Below, one piece after another: positions 11,756 to 22,502 of a stretch of DNA of 64,000 nt (its first letter is position 1; each line of letters opens with the position of its first letter). The DNA is taken from positions 62,001 to 126,000 of the forward strand of contig LSRY02000017.1 in the NCBI GenBank assembly GCA_001643675.2, in the 5' to 3' direction. The position numbers and the translations under genes were made by a program. The notes under the pieces were generated by a model that ran no database searches, was not told the DNA's origin, and saw nothing but the letters and a program-made list of their open reading frames with translations. The stretch is from Monocercomonoides exilis PA203. Lineage: Eukaryota > Protista > Preaxostyla.

Positions 11756-13735
11756 TTACTGCTCCTGTCTTTCTCTTGGAGCTGCAGTTAGAATTGTATC
11801 CACACGTAAAATCAGCTCGCATGCTTCGCTGGCTGAGTTGAGGACTGCATTCTTAACACGAATAGATTCCACAACTCCCAACTTTTTCATGCTCCCAACT
11901 TTGCCTGAATCCAGATCCAACCCCAAATCACATTCACCAGATGCCGAATCTCCAGCTTCTTTTCTCTTCAACGAATGTTCATAATGTGCTGCTCTGAGCT
12001 GGGATACGATCTCGTGTGCATCATAACCAGCATTGTCTGCAAGAATTGTGGGAATTTGGCGAAGAGCACTTGCAAATGCAAGCATAGCCAATTGCTTTTT
12101 GCCTCCAGTTCTGTTTGCTTCCTCTTCAACTGCTTGCGCCATAACCATTTCCACAGAACCACCACCATACACAACACGATGATCGCGGGCAGTCTGCTGA
12201 AGCACACAAAGGGCATCATGAAGAGACCTCTCAGCCTCATCCAAAACGTGCTGATTTGCTCCGCGAAGCACAATAGTTGATGCTCCTTTGAATGGTAATC
12301 CAGAAAAGCGGATGACACGATCTTCTCCAATTATCACTTCTTCAATCAAGTCGCATGTTCCCAGTTTGTATTGTGTGCCTTCGCTGAACTCACCCACAAT
12401 TTCTGCACCTGTCACCTTTGCCAATCGTTCTATCCCATCGAATTCTGCATGCTGAATGGATACAACTCCTTTTGAAGTGAAAAGTTGTTGTGGATAATCG
12501 TAGATTAAGAGGCGATTGATAAATACTGTGCAGCCCGAGGAGCAAATTCTGTCGACTTTCTTCTTCATCTTCTCTTTTTCGGCTGCTTCCAATTCAATAA
12601 GATCTTCCATTTTCGATGTTTTAACTTTTGCTCCATATATTTTAATCTTATCAGCATCCATTCCGGTGTTTGCAATCATGATTTTTGGATGCTCAACTCT
12701 GTGTGGCTGTCCAACACCAATGGACTTTGGCAGCAATATTCCATCATCCAAATAACTATCAGCAAGTGTTCCTCCAATCTTCTTAATAAATCCAATTGAT
12801 TCAAGACTCACATCCTATGAAAATACAAATATTTCAATTGTTAATACAATAAAATACATGAATGTTTAATTTTTTTTAATTTAGTCGCGCAAAGTGCACA
12901 CATCTCCTTGTCTCAAGATGGCTTCAACTGCCATTCGCGAAAATTGTTCTCTATCTTGAGTGAGGATCTTGGATGATAACGTTGTTCGAGCAAGATTTAA
13001 TAGATCATTCATGTATTTTTCTAAATAAAATTTTGTATAATAACAATTGAAAAAAAGGCAAAATGTATAAAAAGTGGTGCACCTTTATCTTCTGAATTAT
13101 CAATAGCACATTTTAACAAAGCTTTTTGAGCAACTTCTTGTGCTTTCCTGAAACCTGAAATAAAAAAAAACAATCAAAATAAAAATTCAAAATAGAAATC
13201 AAACCCATGATGATTGTTTGAGGATGGATTTTTTTGTTAACTAATTTTTCAGCTTCAGCAAGCAATTCACCAGTTAAGACAACAACGCTTGTTGTTCCAT
13301 CTCCGACTTCAGAATCTTGTGTCATTGAAACATTAATAAGAATTTTTGCTAAATTAATACAAAAACATGAAAACCATTGAACAAAAAATCCAATTGCATG
13401 ATAAAAATTGGCGATTAAATTCTGTTTATCAAAAACAAAATGAAATATCCAAACCAGCAGCATTATCGGATGCCAAGCTCTTCAAAATGGTAGCACCATC
13501 ATTTGTAATTGTTATCTCTTTAGGATTTGTTGTGCTTTGCATAATCTTATCCATGCCCTTTGGACCAAGTGTAGATTTGACAAGATCTTTCACTGCAATT
13601 GCTCCAACGAAATTTGACTTACAATAGCAAGATGACATAGTGATTAAACCAACAGACATTATAGGAACAAACCATTCGCGCATTTTCAGCTTTGTCTTCA
13701 CTTGCTCCTTGTCTCAGAATTGGATTTACAGACAT
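11756..13735 (-). CDS. CCT2: T-complex protein 1 subunit beta (CCT-beta), 6 exons
   Basis: Spliced sequence reads [21 protein letters not shown]|[25 protein letters not shown]...[10 protein letters not shown]...[15 protein letters not shown]...[11 protein letters not shown]...[17 protein letters not shown]...[17 protein letters not shown]. Five GT-AG introns lie between ~12815 and 13672. Confidence 0.95.
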
Positions 13736-14357
13736 TTTTTTAATGAATGTTCTGATCTTGAACCAAAAGAAGTAGATTATCAATTTTTTTAAAGAAATTT
13801 TGTCATTTAATATTTGAAACATTTAAATCAAAAACAGAAGCAAAAATTGTTAGTAATTTGTTAGTGATATGTTCAACATGTTTAATTCAAATTATGATTC
13901 TTTTGAAGAACGAAGCATTGTGACGATTGAATAAAAAACTTTTATTTGAAAAATATGATTCATCCGAATCATCAAAAGAGGGTGCTTGCTTTTGGACATT
14001 TACAAATATGGAAAATATGTTTTTGTATAGTTAAATTTTCAATTTTAATTTTAAAGTTTTGTTTTTGAAAAATCAAAAATGCTTTTAAAATTGTTACGCA
14101 AACCAGGCAACGAAGAATATTTTCAACATTCTTAATCGAGAATGGAAAAATCAAATTAAACTGTGAAGTGAAAAAAAAAAAAAAAAGAAATGTTTTATTT
14201 GGCTGTGTCAACAGCAACACAGCAATCAGAAAAATAATAAACTCAAAAAAAAAAAAAATATAAATAAAAATTATTTTTAACTGTCCATTAAAAAGAAACA
14301 CCAGTGATATGTCTCTTATTTTAATTCGAATAATTGACAACGCGCATTTAATCACTG

Positions 14358-17300
14358 TTATATATCGTCTCCAATTGTGGAATATACTTTTTGTATCAAC
14401 CAAAACCCACCCATAGACGATGTAGCGCCATTCATAGCGCTAATTCCTATGCCAAGCACAACACCATCAATAACCATCTCCATCCTCCCCCACATTCCGC
14501 ACTGCGATTTGACAAACAACGCCCTCAAAATCGAAGCAGCAACCAGCCAAATCGAAGAAAATCCCCCCGTTGCCCATGCCGAACCCCACCACCAGTGATT
14601 CTCAGCAGATATCGCCTTCCAAGTGTTAACAGCCCCAAACAGAAAGCAAAGAAACGCCGAAAGAAGAAACGAAATGGTAAAGAGAACCCAAAAGAGAGCG
14701 AGCGAGCAGATGAGCTGGTTGGAGAGGAGATAAAGCAGAGGGAGCACGATTGGCAGGGCAGGCACAAGAGAAGTGAGAAGAGAAGAGAAAAACGGAGAGG
14801 AAAAACGCGACTGCTGAGGAGGCACCAGACGAGGGAAAGGCGAAAGTGTGTGAGAATACGAGGGGATGCGGAAGAGGGGCCGGATAAGGCGGACAAAAGG
14901 AATCGAAAGGAGGAAAGAGGAAGGCGCTGCCACAGTCTCAGTTTCTGAATAGCGGGTGAACATCTGGGCGACTGTTGTTGCTTTCATCGAAATGGATTGC
15001 AGAACAGAAGAAGAAGAAGAATTGGATGATGGTCTCATCAAAGAGTCTCCATCTGATTGTGATGTTGTCGCCCCTTCAAATGGATTCGCATTCATTTTGG
15101 GAACATTCACAGCATTTTTGGCAGTGTTAGCTAACAGAAGCTTATCAGTGTCTTTAGGCTCGTCAATGCTTGGCTCTTCTTCCTTTTCGTCTTCTTCCAT
15201 TTTAGCTCCTTCTTTTTTGCTGTCTTCATTGCCTTCAAAAGCAGATGCATCAACATCTACGTCAATGTCTATGTCATCATCCATCCATCCACCTCCACTT
15301 TGCGTCTTTGCTGGTTTGCTCTTCTGTTTCGTGTTGCTCTTTTGTTTGGGCGCCCAATCGTCTGATGCTGAATCAGATGCATTTTCATCTATACCTGTGG
15401 AATTTCCTTTTTTCCCTTCCTTTTTGGTCTTGTTTGACTTTGCATTTGTTCTGTTCTTCGATTCTTTTTTGGTGAGCTTATTATTTCCTTCAAAAACGTT
15501 ATCATCTTCATCATCTTCTTCCTCTTCTTCGTCTTTCTTTCCAAACGACAACCCCATCAACCCATCGCCCAATCCAACATCGTTCATCATCTTCCTCAGC
15601 TCTCTTTCTTTTCTTTCTTTCTCTTTTCTCTCTTTCTCCTTCCTCTCTTCCTCCTCACTCACATGCCCTCTCAAGTTCTTCTTCGTCTTCGACTTCAAAG
15701 TCTTCTTTGCAATCTGCTTCTTCCCTTTCAACGGAGAAGAAGCTGCAGAAGCAACCAGACTCACATCCATCACATCTCCTCCATCTTCTTCTTCATCTTC
15801 ATCTTCTCTTCCTCCTTTCTGATTGTATGCCAACCCAAACGCTTCACCCATTTCTGGATGAACAATCCTCTTCTTATTCGCTCCTGCTTGCTTTTTCTGT
15901 GGTGAAGAGGAATTCTTCGAAGCTGTGGCTGATGCTGTTGGCTTCTTTGCTGGAATGTCCCAGTCATCTTCCTCTTCCTCTTCCTCCTCTTCTTTTTCTC
16001 CTTTCGCTTTCTCTTCTGTCATTTTGGCGCTGTTAAGTTTATCTTTCTCTGCTTTGTCGACTCCAATGTCATCAGCATTGATATTTCCCATGTTTAACTG
16101 TTTTCCTTTCTCCGATGCAGAAGACGACAAATTGCCTTGTTCCTTCTTTTCGTCCATGTCTTTTTCGATTGGCAGATCAAAAATAAGATTCGGCTCATTT
16201 GCTGCATCATTCATAGAGAAGTCAAAAGGAGATCGAAAAGAAGAAGAAGATGATGAAGATTGAGTGGCTGTAACTGAATTTGCTGCTGTTCTAACATCAT
16301 CTGCATTCGTTGCTGATGCTTTTCCTTCAGCTGGTGCTTCATTTTTCTCCTTCATCGATCTCCTTTTCTGAGTGGCTGTGCCCAATGCAATGACAATCAG
16401 ATACAGCAACGCCAGCAATAACACTGAAACAAGATCAGCTCCACTCACAACAGGAGTTGAACCGCGCAGCTTAGAGATGACAGACGAGAGAAGATGAATG
16501 ACGAGGATGAGAAAAGGTAGAAAAAGCAGAAAACGCAGATGGATTTTGAGAGCAAACCAGAACAGAGATAGAAACGAAGGCAGGTTGGCATTTGTGTTTG
16601 AGGCAAACAGAAGTTCCTTTGACTTCTTTGACTCAGCATCTGCTCTCATCATTTCATCACTCAACTTTGCGACGAATGCTCCGACGCGAAAGGCGAAAAA
16701 GGACGAGAGAAGAAGAAAGACAACTTTTGAGAGAAACAAAAGAGACGGAGACTCGTTCAGAAGAGGAGCATCTGAAGCAGAAGAAGCAGAAGAAGCAGAA
16801 GAAGCAGAAGAAGAAGCAGCAAAGGAAAAGCCAGTGCTGATTGAAGAGCTGTCAGCCAATGAAGATGCCTGGGGCTGTGGAGGCATCTGGGGATTAGACA
16901 AGTATTTCGGCAGGAGAACATAGTACAAAAAAGCAGAAAACAAAAAGCACCACACGAGATGGCGCAGGAACTTGCCGAAGCCGACAGCTGCTGCAGCGAT
17001 TTCTGGTGAGGAAAAAGAGATTTTTGGGAGATTTGCAGAGGAAGAGGAAGGCAAAGAAGGAGTTGCTAACACACTTTCAGATGGAGATGAGTCAAAAGCA
17101 GAAGCAACTGAAGAAGAAGAAGAAGAAGATGATGATGATGACGACAAAGAAGATTTCATTTCATAATGAGGTAAAAAGGAGAAAGACGATGAAGAGGAGG
17201 AGGAGGAAGAAGAAGCGGTTCTGGCTCCAGTGGCGTTTCTGGACATCTTCCTTGAAAACCACATCAAGTTACCAATCGACGGAGGGCGAAACACATCGTG

Positions 17301-18824
17301 CACAATCAGCCGCCATCCACGTGAAAGCACTCCAGTTGTGTCAAGCTGAGAAGAAGGAAACGAAGGCATCAAAAACGAAGAAGAAGAAGAAGAAGCAGCA
17401 GAAGAGGAAGAGGATGAAGAAGAAGCATTTGCATTATTTCCCTCAGCAGCATTTTTTTGTGCAGCTCCTGAAGACGACGAGGCATCCAGCAAGTCTGAGC
17501 CGCGTAGTGCTCTTTCTTCAGCCATCGTGTTCGGCTTCCAGAAGAGCGACGCGCCGCTTCCGGCAAACACGCCTCTTTCGAGGTCACCCGCAAGCTTCGC
17601 AGAGCACAAGCAGCACACACAGACAGACACGAACAGAGAGAGGACGGTGCACACGATGAAGAAGACCGGAGAGAGCAGAGAAGGAGAAGAAAGAGAGCGC
17701 AACTCAAGAATCTGGGCGACGCGCGATGGAGCTTTGGGAGCGGATGATGAAAGAACTTTCTGTGCTGACGAGGAAGACTTCAATGAGGTTTCATTTGAAG
17801 TGCTTTGAGATGAAGAAGCCTTCGGCTTTGATGGTTGAGCCTCTGCAGTTGCATCTATCCAATGCGATTCATACGTAAATACAATTATTTTTTTTGAATT
17901 TTCTTTTTCTGTTTCTTTTCCTTCCTTTAGTTCCTTTTCCTTTTCTTCACCCTTTTCCTCACCTTCTCCAGGCACTTCTTCTTTGTGTTCTTCTAGTTTA
18001 TCTGTGAAAGGTTGTTCTGGCTTTGGTGGAATCTGAGGATCAACATCATCATCACCTTCATTAAATGATTTCTGCATTTTCTTGTTTTGTGTTTCTTCAG
18101 AAAATTTTAAAATTGGATAACCCTGCTCTGGTTTTTCAGGAAGAGTTGACCGAATTATTTGCTTTGATGCCAAAAATGTTCTAAATTTTGTGTCATCCGA
18201 GGAAGAAAGCAAAGTCTGCCAATCAATTGATATGGGAAGAACTGTAAAGTTCACAATTGATTTGAAATCTTTTCCTGATGCTGTATAATACACTGTAAAA
18301 TTCATATGATTGTATAAAATGTAATGTTTTGATTTTTCATCGAAAATACCAACAGGAGCTCCAGTAAACTTATTATCGTTTGCGAGAATGCACGGGAATT
18401 TATCGAGATAATACTCATAATTGGACTTTGCTTTTATTGCATCAAGAAATTGCGGCGGAATTTTTTCAGACTGAACAATCGCTGTTTCTTTAAAGATGAA
18501 AATGCTATCTTCTTCTCTTTCATTTAATGAACAAGAAGCATAGTAACTCGATGAAATTCTTGGAGTATGAGAGAAAATTTCATTATTTGATAAATTATAT
18601 TGCGGCAATTTATTGATAGGTTTTCGAGAATATTCATTCTGAGAATAAAACAATAAAGATTGTTCACAGGCTATTGGCTGATCATTGCGATAATCTTTCA
18701 AAGAATTATATAGATAAACTGAATAGACAAAAAATAAAACTTTCGACAAACATCGTGCTCCAAATCCATTAAAATGAAAAGGATGAACAAATAAGATAGC
18801 GGAGAGTAAGAATAAGAAAATCAT
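14358..18824 (-). CDS. Divergent TM9SF/EMP70 (nonaspanin) protein with large low-complexity inserts
   Basis: Signal peptide, lumenal ILYNHMNFTVYY, GWRLIVHDVFRPP, PRLVPPQ, ENHWWWGSAWATGG and a C-terminal KVYSTI match TM9SF signature segments. Confidence 0.8.
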   Translation of the reverse strand: MIFLFLLSAILFVHPFHFNGFGARCLSKVLFFVYSVYLYNSLKDYRNDQPIACEQSLLFYSQNEYSRKPINKLPQYNLSNNEIFSHTPRISSSYYASCSLNEREEDSIFIFKETAIVQSEKIPPQFLDAIKAKSNYEYYLDKFPCILANDNKFTGAPVGIFDEKSKHYILYNHMNFTVYYTASGKDFKSIVNFTVLPISIDWQTLLSSSDDTKFRTFLASKQIIRSTLPEKPEQGYPILKFSEETQNKKMQKSFNEGDDDVDPQIPPKPEQPFTDKLEEHKEEVPGEGEEKGEEKEKELKEGKETEKENSKKIIVFTYESHWIDATAEAQPSKPKASSSQSTSNETSLKSSSSAQKVLSSSAPKAPSRVAQILELRSLSSPSLLSPVFFIVCTVLSLFVSVCVCCLCSAKLAGDLERGVFAGSGASLFWKPNTMAEERALRGSDLLDASSSSGAAQKNAAEGNNANASSSSSSSSAASSSSSSFLMPSFPSSQLDTTGVLSRGWRLIVHDVFRPPSIGNLMWFSRKMSRNATGARTASSSSSSSSSSFSFLPHYEMKSSLSSSSSSSSSSSSVASAFDSSPSESVLATPSLPSSSSANLPKISFSSPEIAAAAVGFGKFLRHLVWCFLFSAFLYYVLLPKYLSNPQMPPQPQASSLADSSSISTGFSFAASSSASSASSASSASDAPLLNESPSLLFLSKVVFLLLSSFFAFRVGAFVAKLSDEMMRADAESKKSKELLFASNTNANLPSFLSLFWFALKIHLRFLLFLPFLILVIHLLSSVISKLRGSTPVVSGADLVSVLLLALLYLIVIALGTATQKRRSMKEKNEAPAEGKASATNADDVRTAANSVTATQSSSSSSSFRSPFDFSMNDAANEPNLIFDLPIEKDMDEKKEQGNLSSSASEKGKQLNMGNINADDIGVDKAEKDKLNSAKMTEEKAKGEKEEEEEEEEDDWDIPAKKPTASATASKNSSSPQKKQAGANKKRIVHPEMGEAFGLAYNQKGGREDEDEEEDGGDVMDVSLVASAASSPLKGKKQIAKKTLKSKTKKNLRGHVSEEEERKEKERKEKERKERELRKMMNDVGLGDGLMGLSFGKKDEEEEEDDEDDNVFEGNNKLTKKESKNRTNAKSNKTKKEGKKGNSTGIDENASDSASDDWAPKQKSNTKQKSKPAKTQSGGGWMDDDIDIDVDVDASAFEGNEDSKKEGAKMEEDEKEEEPSIDEPKDTDKLLLANTAKNAVNVPKMNANPFEGATTSQSDGDSLMRPSSNSSSSSVLQSISMKATTVAQMFTRYSETETVAAPSSFLLSIPFVRLIRPLFRIPSYSHTLSPFPRLVPPQQSRFSSPFFSSLLTSLVPALPIVLPLLYLLSNQLICSLALFWVLFTISFLLSAFLCFLFGAVNTWKAISAENHWWWGSAWATGGFSSIWLVAASILRALFVKSQCGMWGRMEMVIDGVVLGIGISAMNGATSSMGGFWLIQKVYSTIGDDI

Positions 18825-18949
18825 GCAATGACCTTTTTCTTTACCAAAGCTTGGAAAACAAAAAAATAAAATTCTTTACCCATATTAATAATAATTAAAA
18901 ATTTGATAGATTTTTTGTAAATTTTTATTCACGAATTGTGGATATATAA

Positions 18950-20725
18950 ATGATTTTTATTTTTGCATATATTATGTGCATTTTTCTACGAAATTTCTAT
19001 TCGGAAGAAAGCACATATTCCAATTTTTCACCTGAATCAATTATCGAAACTTTTTCCGAGGAATCGAGACGGGGACGGACGTATCAACAACAAGAATTGG
19101 AGTTTCCTCAAGCCCTTTATGGGGGTGAGGAAGCATCGCAAATGAACATTCACTTTACTCACAAGAAAAAAATTCCTGCATTCCTGACTTCAGATTTTCA
19201 TATCCAACAAAATTATCAAATGGAAAACACTGAAATTTCACAAGAAGAAAAAGACAAACGAGAAACAGATGAGAAAGCAGCAAGAGACGAGAAAGAACTT
19301 GAAGAAATTAATGAAAAAATAGAAAAAGTTAAAGAAGAGAATATTCGTAAAGGAAGAGCAACAATGCTTAAAATAGGGAAAGAATGGGAAACAACAGGGC
19401 AAACGTTTTTATCTCGAGGACATTCTTTTGAACTATCTGGTGTATTGTTTGGAAGCACTGGAAACGATATCAAAGCGGCTGGTTCGAATGTTGAGAAAAT
19501 AGGAAATGGTTTGCAATCTGCTTCTGAGTATTTAACAAGTGTTCCCCTTGCGTCATCTAATTCTAAAAGCAACCGCAATGGAAACGAAGAAGAAGAAGAA
19601 GAAGAAGAAGAAGAGGAAGAAAACAGAAGGCAAAGGGAAGCAGTTCATGAAAGCGGAAGAACTTTGTCTTCAGCAGGGATATCTCTCAGTGCTGCAGGAA
19701 AATCACTTAGTTCATCAGCGGAATGTTTGAGAAATACAAATTCGTTTTTACAAAAAATATCTCATGTTGCTTATGAAATGGATGAAAATATTGTAAAAGT
19801 CAAAGATGAAATAAGTAAAGTGTGTGCTGAAGGTTCTGGAAATCAATGTTTAGATTTAAAAGTTATAATATCCAAAATGCAACAAGTTTCTCCAGCGCTG
19901 ACATCTGTATTCAACCTGATAAATTCAACACGCGATGTTCTGTCTGACGCAGCGCTGAAAATAGATGTGGCAGGCGGCAACGTTACGGCTGGGGGCTCAA
20001 CTGTGCGCGACGCTGGCGATGATCTTTCCACAGCATTTGGGTCGCTCTACACTCCAAGTTCCATACTCTCGCGGGGCGGATCAACGATCAGACAAGGCGG
20101 CAGTCAGCTGTCGTCTGCGGGGGAAATGTACGCACTGTCCAACAGCCATCTGACATCGAGCGGAGAGAAACTAGTTGGAATAGGGAATCTTCTCACAGAG
20201 GCTGGAAAGCTGCTCCAAGAAGCTGCAAAGGATGAAAGTGCCACAACCACTGAAAGTGAAATAATTGCCCTCCGAGAAGCATTCCAAAAGGCTCATAACA
20301 ACCTTGAGACGTTCAGCAATCAGGCTGTGCAGCTCTTTACCGAAGCTTCAAACGCAGGCACAAGCATGCAAAGCACTTCAGATTCATTAAAGGCAGTTGC
20401 TGGCAAGCTGGATTCAAGTGATTCTGACCTGGCATTTACTGCAACGCACATCCTGGGCGGTGGTTCGGGAGCATCATTTGCACAGAGTGGGTTCGACGCG
20501 GCATCAAATGGCGCAAGCTCGGCAGCATCAGCACTACGTTCTGCAGCTTTAAATATTGAAGATTCAGGAAAGCGCTTAAGCGGAGAACATGTTTCTGAAC
20601 GTGATCCTCCTGCGTCTGGAGCGATGTGGGTATTTGCCTCATGGCATAAATCATCGTCCCTTGGAATAATAATGTCGACTCTTATTTCTTGCATTGTTAC
20701 AATTATTTGTTTGTTTAGTTTTTGA
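18950..20725 (+). CDS. Predicted secreted/membrane-anchored coiled-coil protein with xxxLxxG-type heptad repeats; function unknown
   Basis: 591-aa ORF with hydrophobic N- and C-termini and repeats such as GRTLSSAGISLSAAGKSL and GEKLVGIGNLLTEAGKLL. Confidence 0.65.
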   Translation: MIFIFAYIMCIFLRNFYSEESTYSNFSPESIIETFSEESRRGRTYQQQELEFPQALYGGEEASQMNIHFTHKKKIPAFLTSDFHIQQNYQMENTEISQEEKDKRETDEKAARDEKELEEINEKIEKVKEENIRKGRATMLKIGKEWETTGQTFLSRGHSFELSGVLFGSTGNDIKAAGSNVEKIGNGLQSASEYLTSVPLASSNSKSNRNGNEEEEEEEEEEEENRRQREAVHESGRTLSSAGISLSAAGKSLSSSAECLRNTNSFLQKISHVAYEMDENIVKVKDEISKVCAEGSGNQCLDLKVIISKMQQVSPALTSVFNLINSTRDVLSDAALKIDVAGGNVTAGGSTVRDAGDDLSTAFGSLYTPSSILSRGGSTIRQGGSQLSSAGEMYALSNSHLTSSGEKLVGIGNLLTEAGKLLQEAAKDESATTTESEIIALREAFQKAHNNLETFSNQAVQLFTEASNAGTSMQSTSDSLKAVAGKLDSSDSDLAFTATHILGGGSGASFAQSGFDAASNGASSAASALRSAALNIEDSGKRLSGEHVSERDPPASGAMWVFASWHKSSSLGIIMSTLISCIVTIICLFSF

Positions 20726-22502
20726 TAGAAGCTGATTATCTTTTTTTTGAAACCTCTGAGGCATTTCGTAAATCCTGGATAACTTTTATTTGTATTTTGT
20801 GTATATGTACTGCACTCGGTGGTTGACTATTGTTGGCGCTTCTTGCTTTTTTTTAAAATTATATTTATAATAGTAAAAGGATGATACAATCCCAAGAATT
20901 TTCTTTCCTGCTTGTTGCATACTCAAAATACGAATCAAGGTTCAATGCCCCTTTACATGAGAAGTAGTCCCAATTTAATTTTCGAATAATTTCATAACCC
21001 TGCGTGGATGCTCGTTGATCCAAAGTGCCAGAGAGACGGATAAGATAGTTACACCATTATTATTGTATAATGCCCGATTTAGGTGCTGAAATATTCGCTA
21101 CATTAAAAAAATCAAAAAAATAGTTAAGTTGAAAAAAAAAATAACACTTGAAATAAGTATAAAATCTGTAAAATAAGGCTCAGACCTTTAAATAACATTG
21201 AATTTGCAGTTCTAAATACTTTAAGCACATTTAGGAAGATGAAGGGCATTGCCGGTTTTTTCTTGATCAAGGTTATTTAGAATTTAAATCGTAATAATTC
21301 AGGAATGTGATACTTTCCATTAATTTGCTTTCCCCCGCTACTCTTTTGAAAGCCCTTTCCAAACGCAATTAATTTTTTAAACTGAACGTAAACCCAAGTC
21401 CAGAAGGAGATCTCATTCAAATTTTGGATCTTGAGGAGATAGATGCAAATACAGCCTCGAACGACCTTTGATAATTGGTAGGTGAAAAGAAAATAAAGAG
21501 ATAAGGCATGCGTATCGATATAGACAATCTATCCTGGGGGCTGATGATAAAAAATGTTTCAAAAAGTTTCAAAAAAGAGATGAGACAAAGGTGGCTATGT
21601 TTAGAAAGTGAATCAGCAAACCTTTTTAAAGAACAATGAACCATTGATGTGTGATACTATTAATACTAGCTTTTGTATATTGTCGTTGAGTTCTTGAGGA
21701 AAATGATCCATCAAATATAAGATCATAAAGATCTGGATTAATACAACAACATAGACTTTGAAATGAAGTCCATTGGCAACAATAGCAGTTTTTGCTTTAC
21801 TATTAACAAAATTATCATTTTCTGAACTTAACTGGAGGCTACAAAGGTTTACGGTGCAATACAAAAACAATTTGATAAAACGCCTTCAACATCATTCAAA
21901 GTTACATCCTTATTTCAAACAAACAAGGGAAAAGGATGATTATATGAAAAAAAAAGTTTTGATAAATTATACAGTTTTCCACGACGAGCTCAGAAGAAGT
22001 TATGCCTAACTTTTGATCTAAACGCTTTGAGCGTGAAACATCAACAAGTTTTATCTTCTTTTATCGTATATATTACTGTACTAACTTTTGACATGACAAG
22101 GTCAAATGATATGATTATTTTTGACAAAGTGCAGGAGTCCAGCAAAAGGTGCATTTCGTTCGTCATTTAGTGAGCAGACTAACAAAAATGTATGAGATCA
22201 TGTGTGTATTTTATTAGTTTTATGAATGACTACATAACTCGGAAAGTTTGTTTATGATTTTTTATCATCACAGCTCTTCAATCAAAATCTCGCACATGAA
22301 TCCAAACTGAGCAGACAAATTACCGATTTAATCAAATTCACAGAGAGATATAGTCAACTATTACACATAACAGGCTGCTGTGTAATTTCCCATGCAAATT
22401 TCAAATGAAATGAAGAGATAAAAGGTCATATAGAAATGGGCCTATGATCCTGTTATTACGCAAATTATTCTTTTGTTTATATCTTATGTTTAATTTATAT
22501 CA

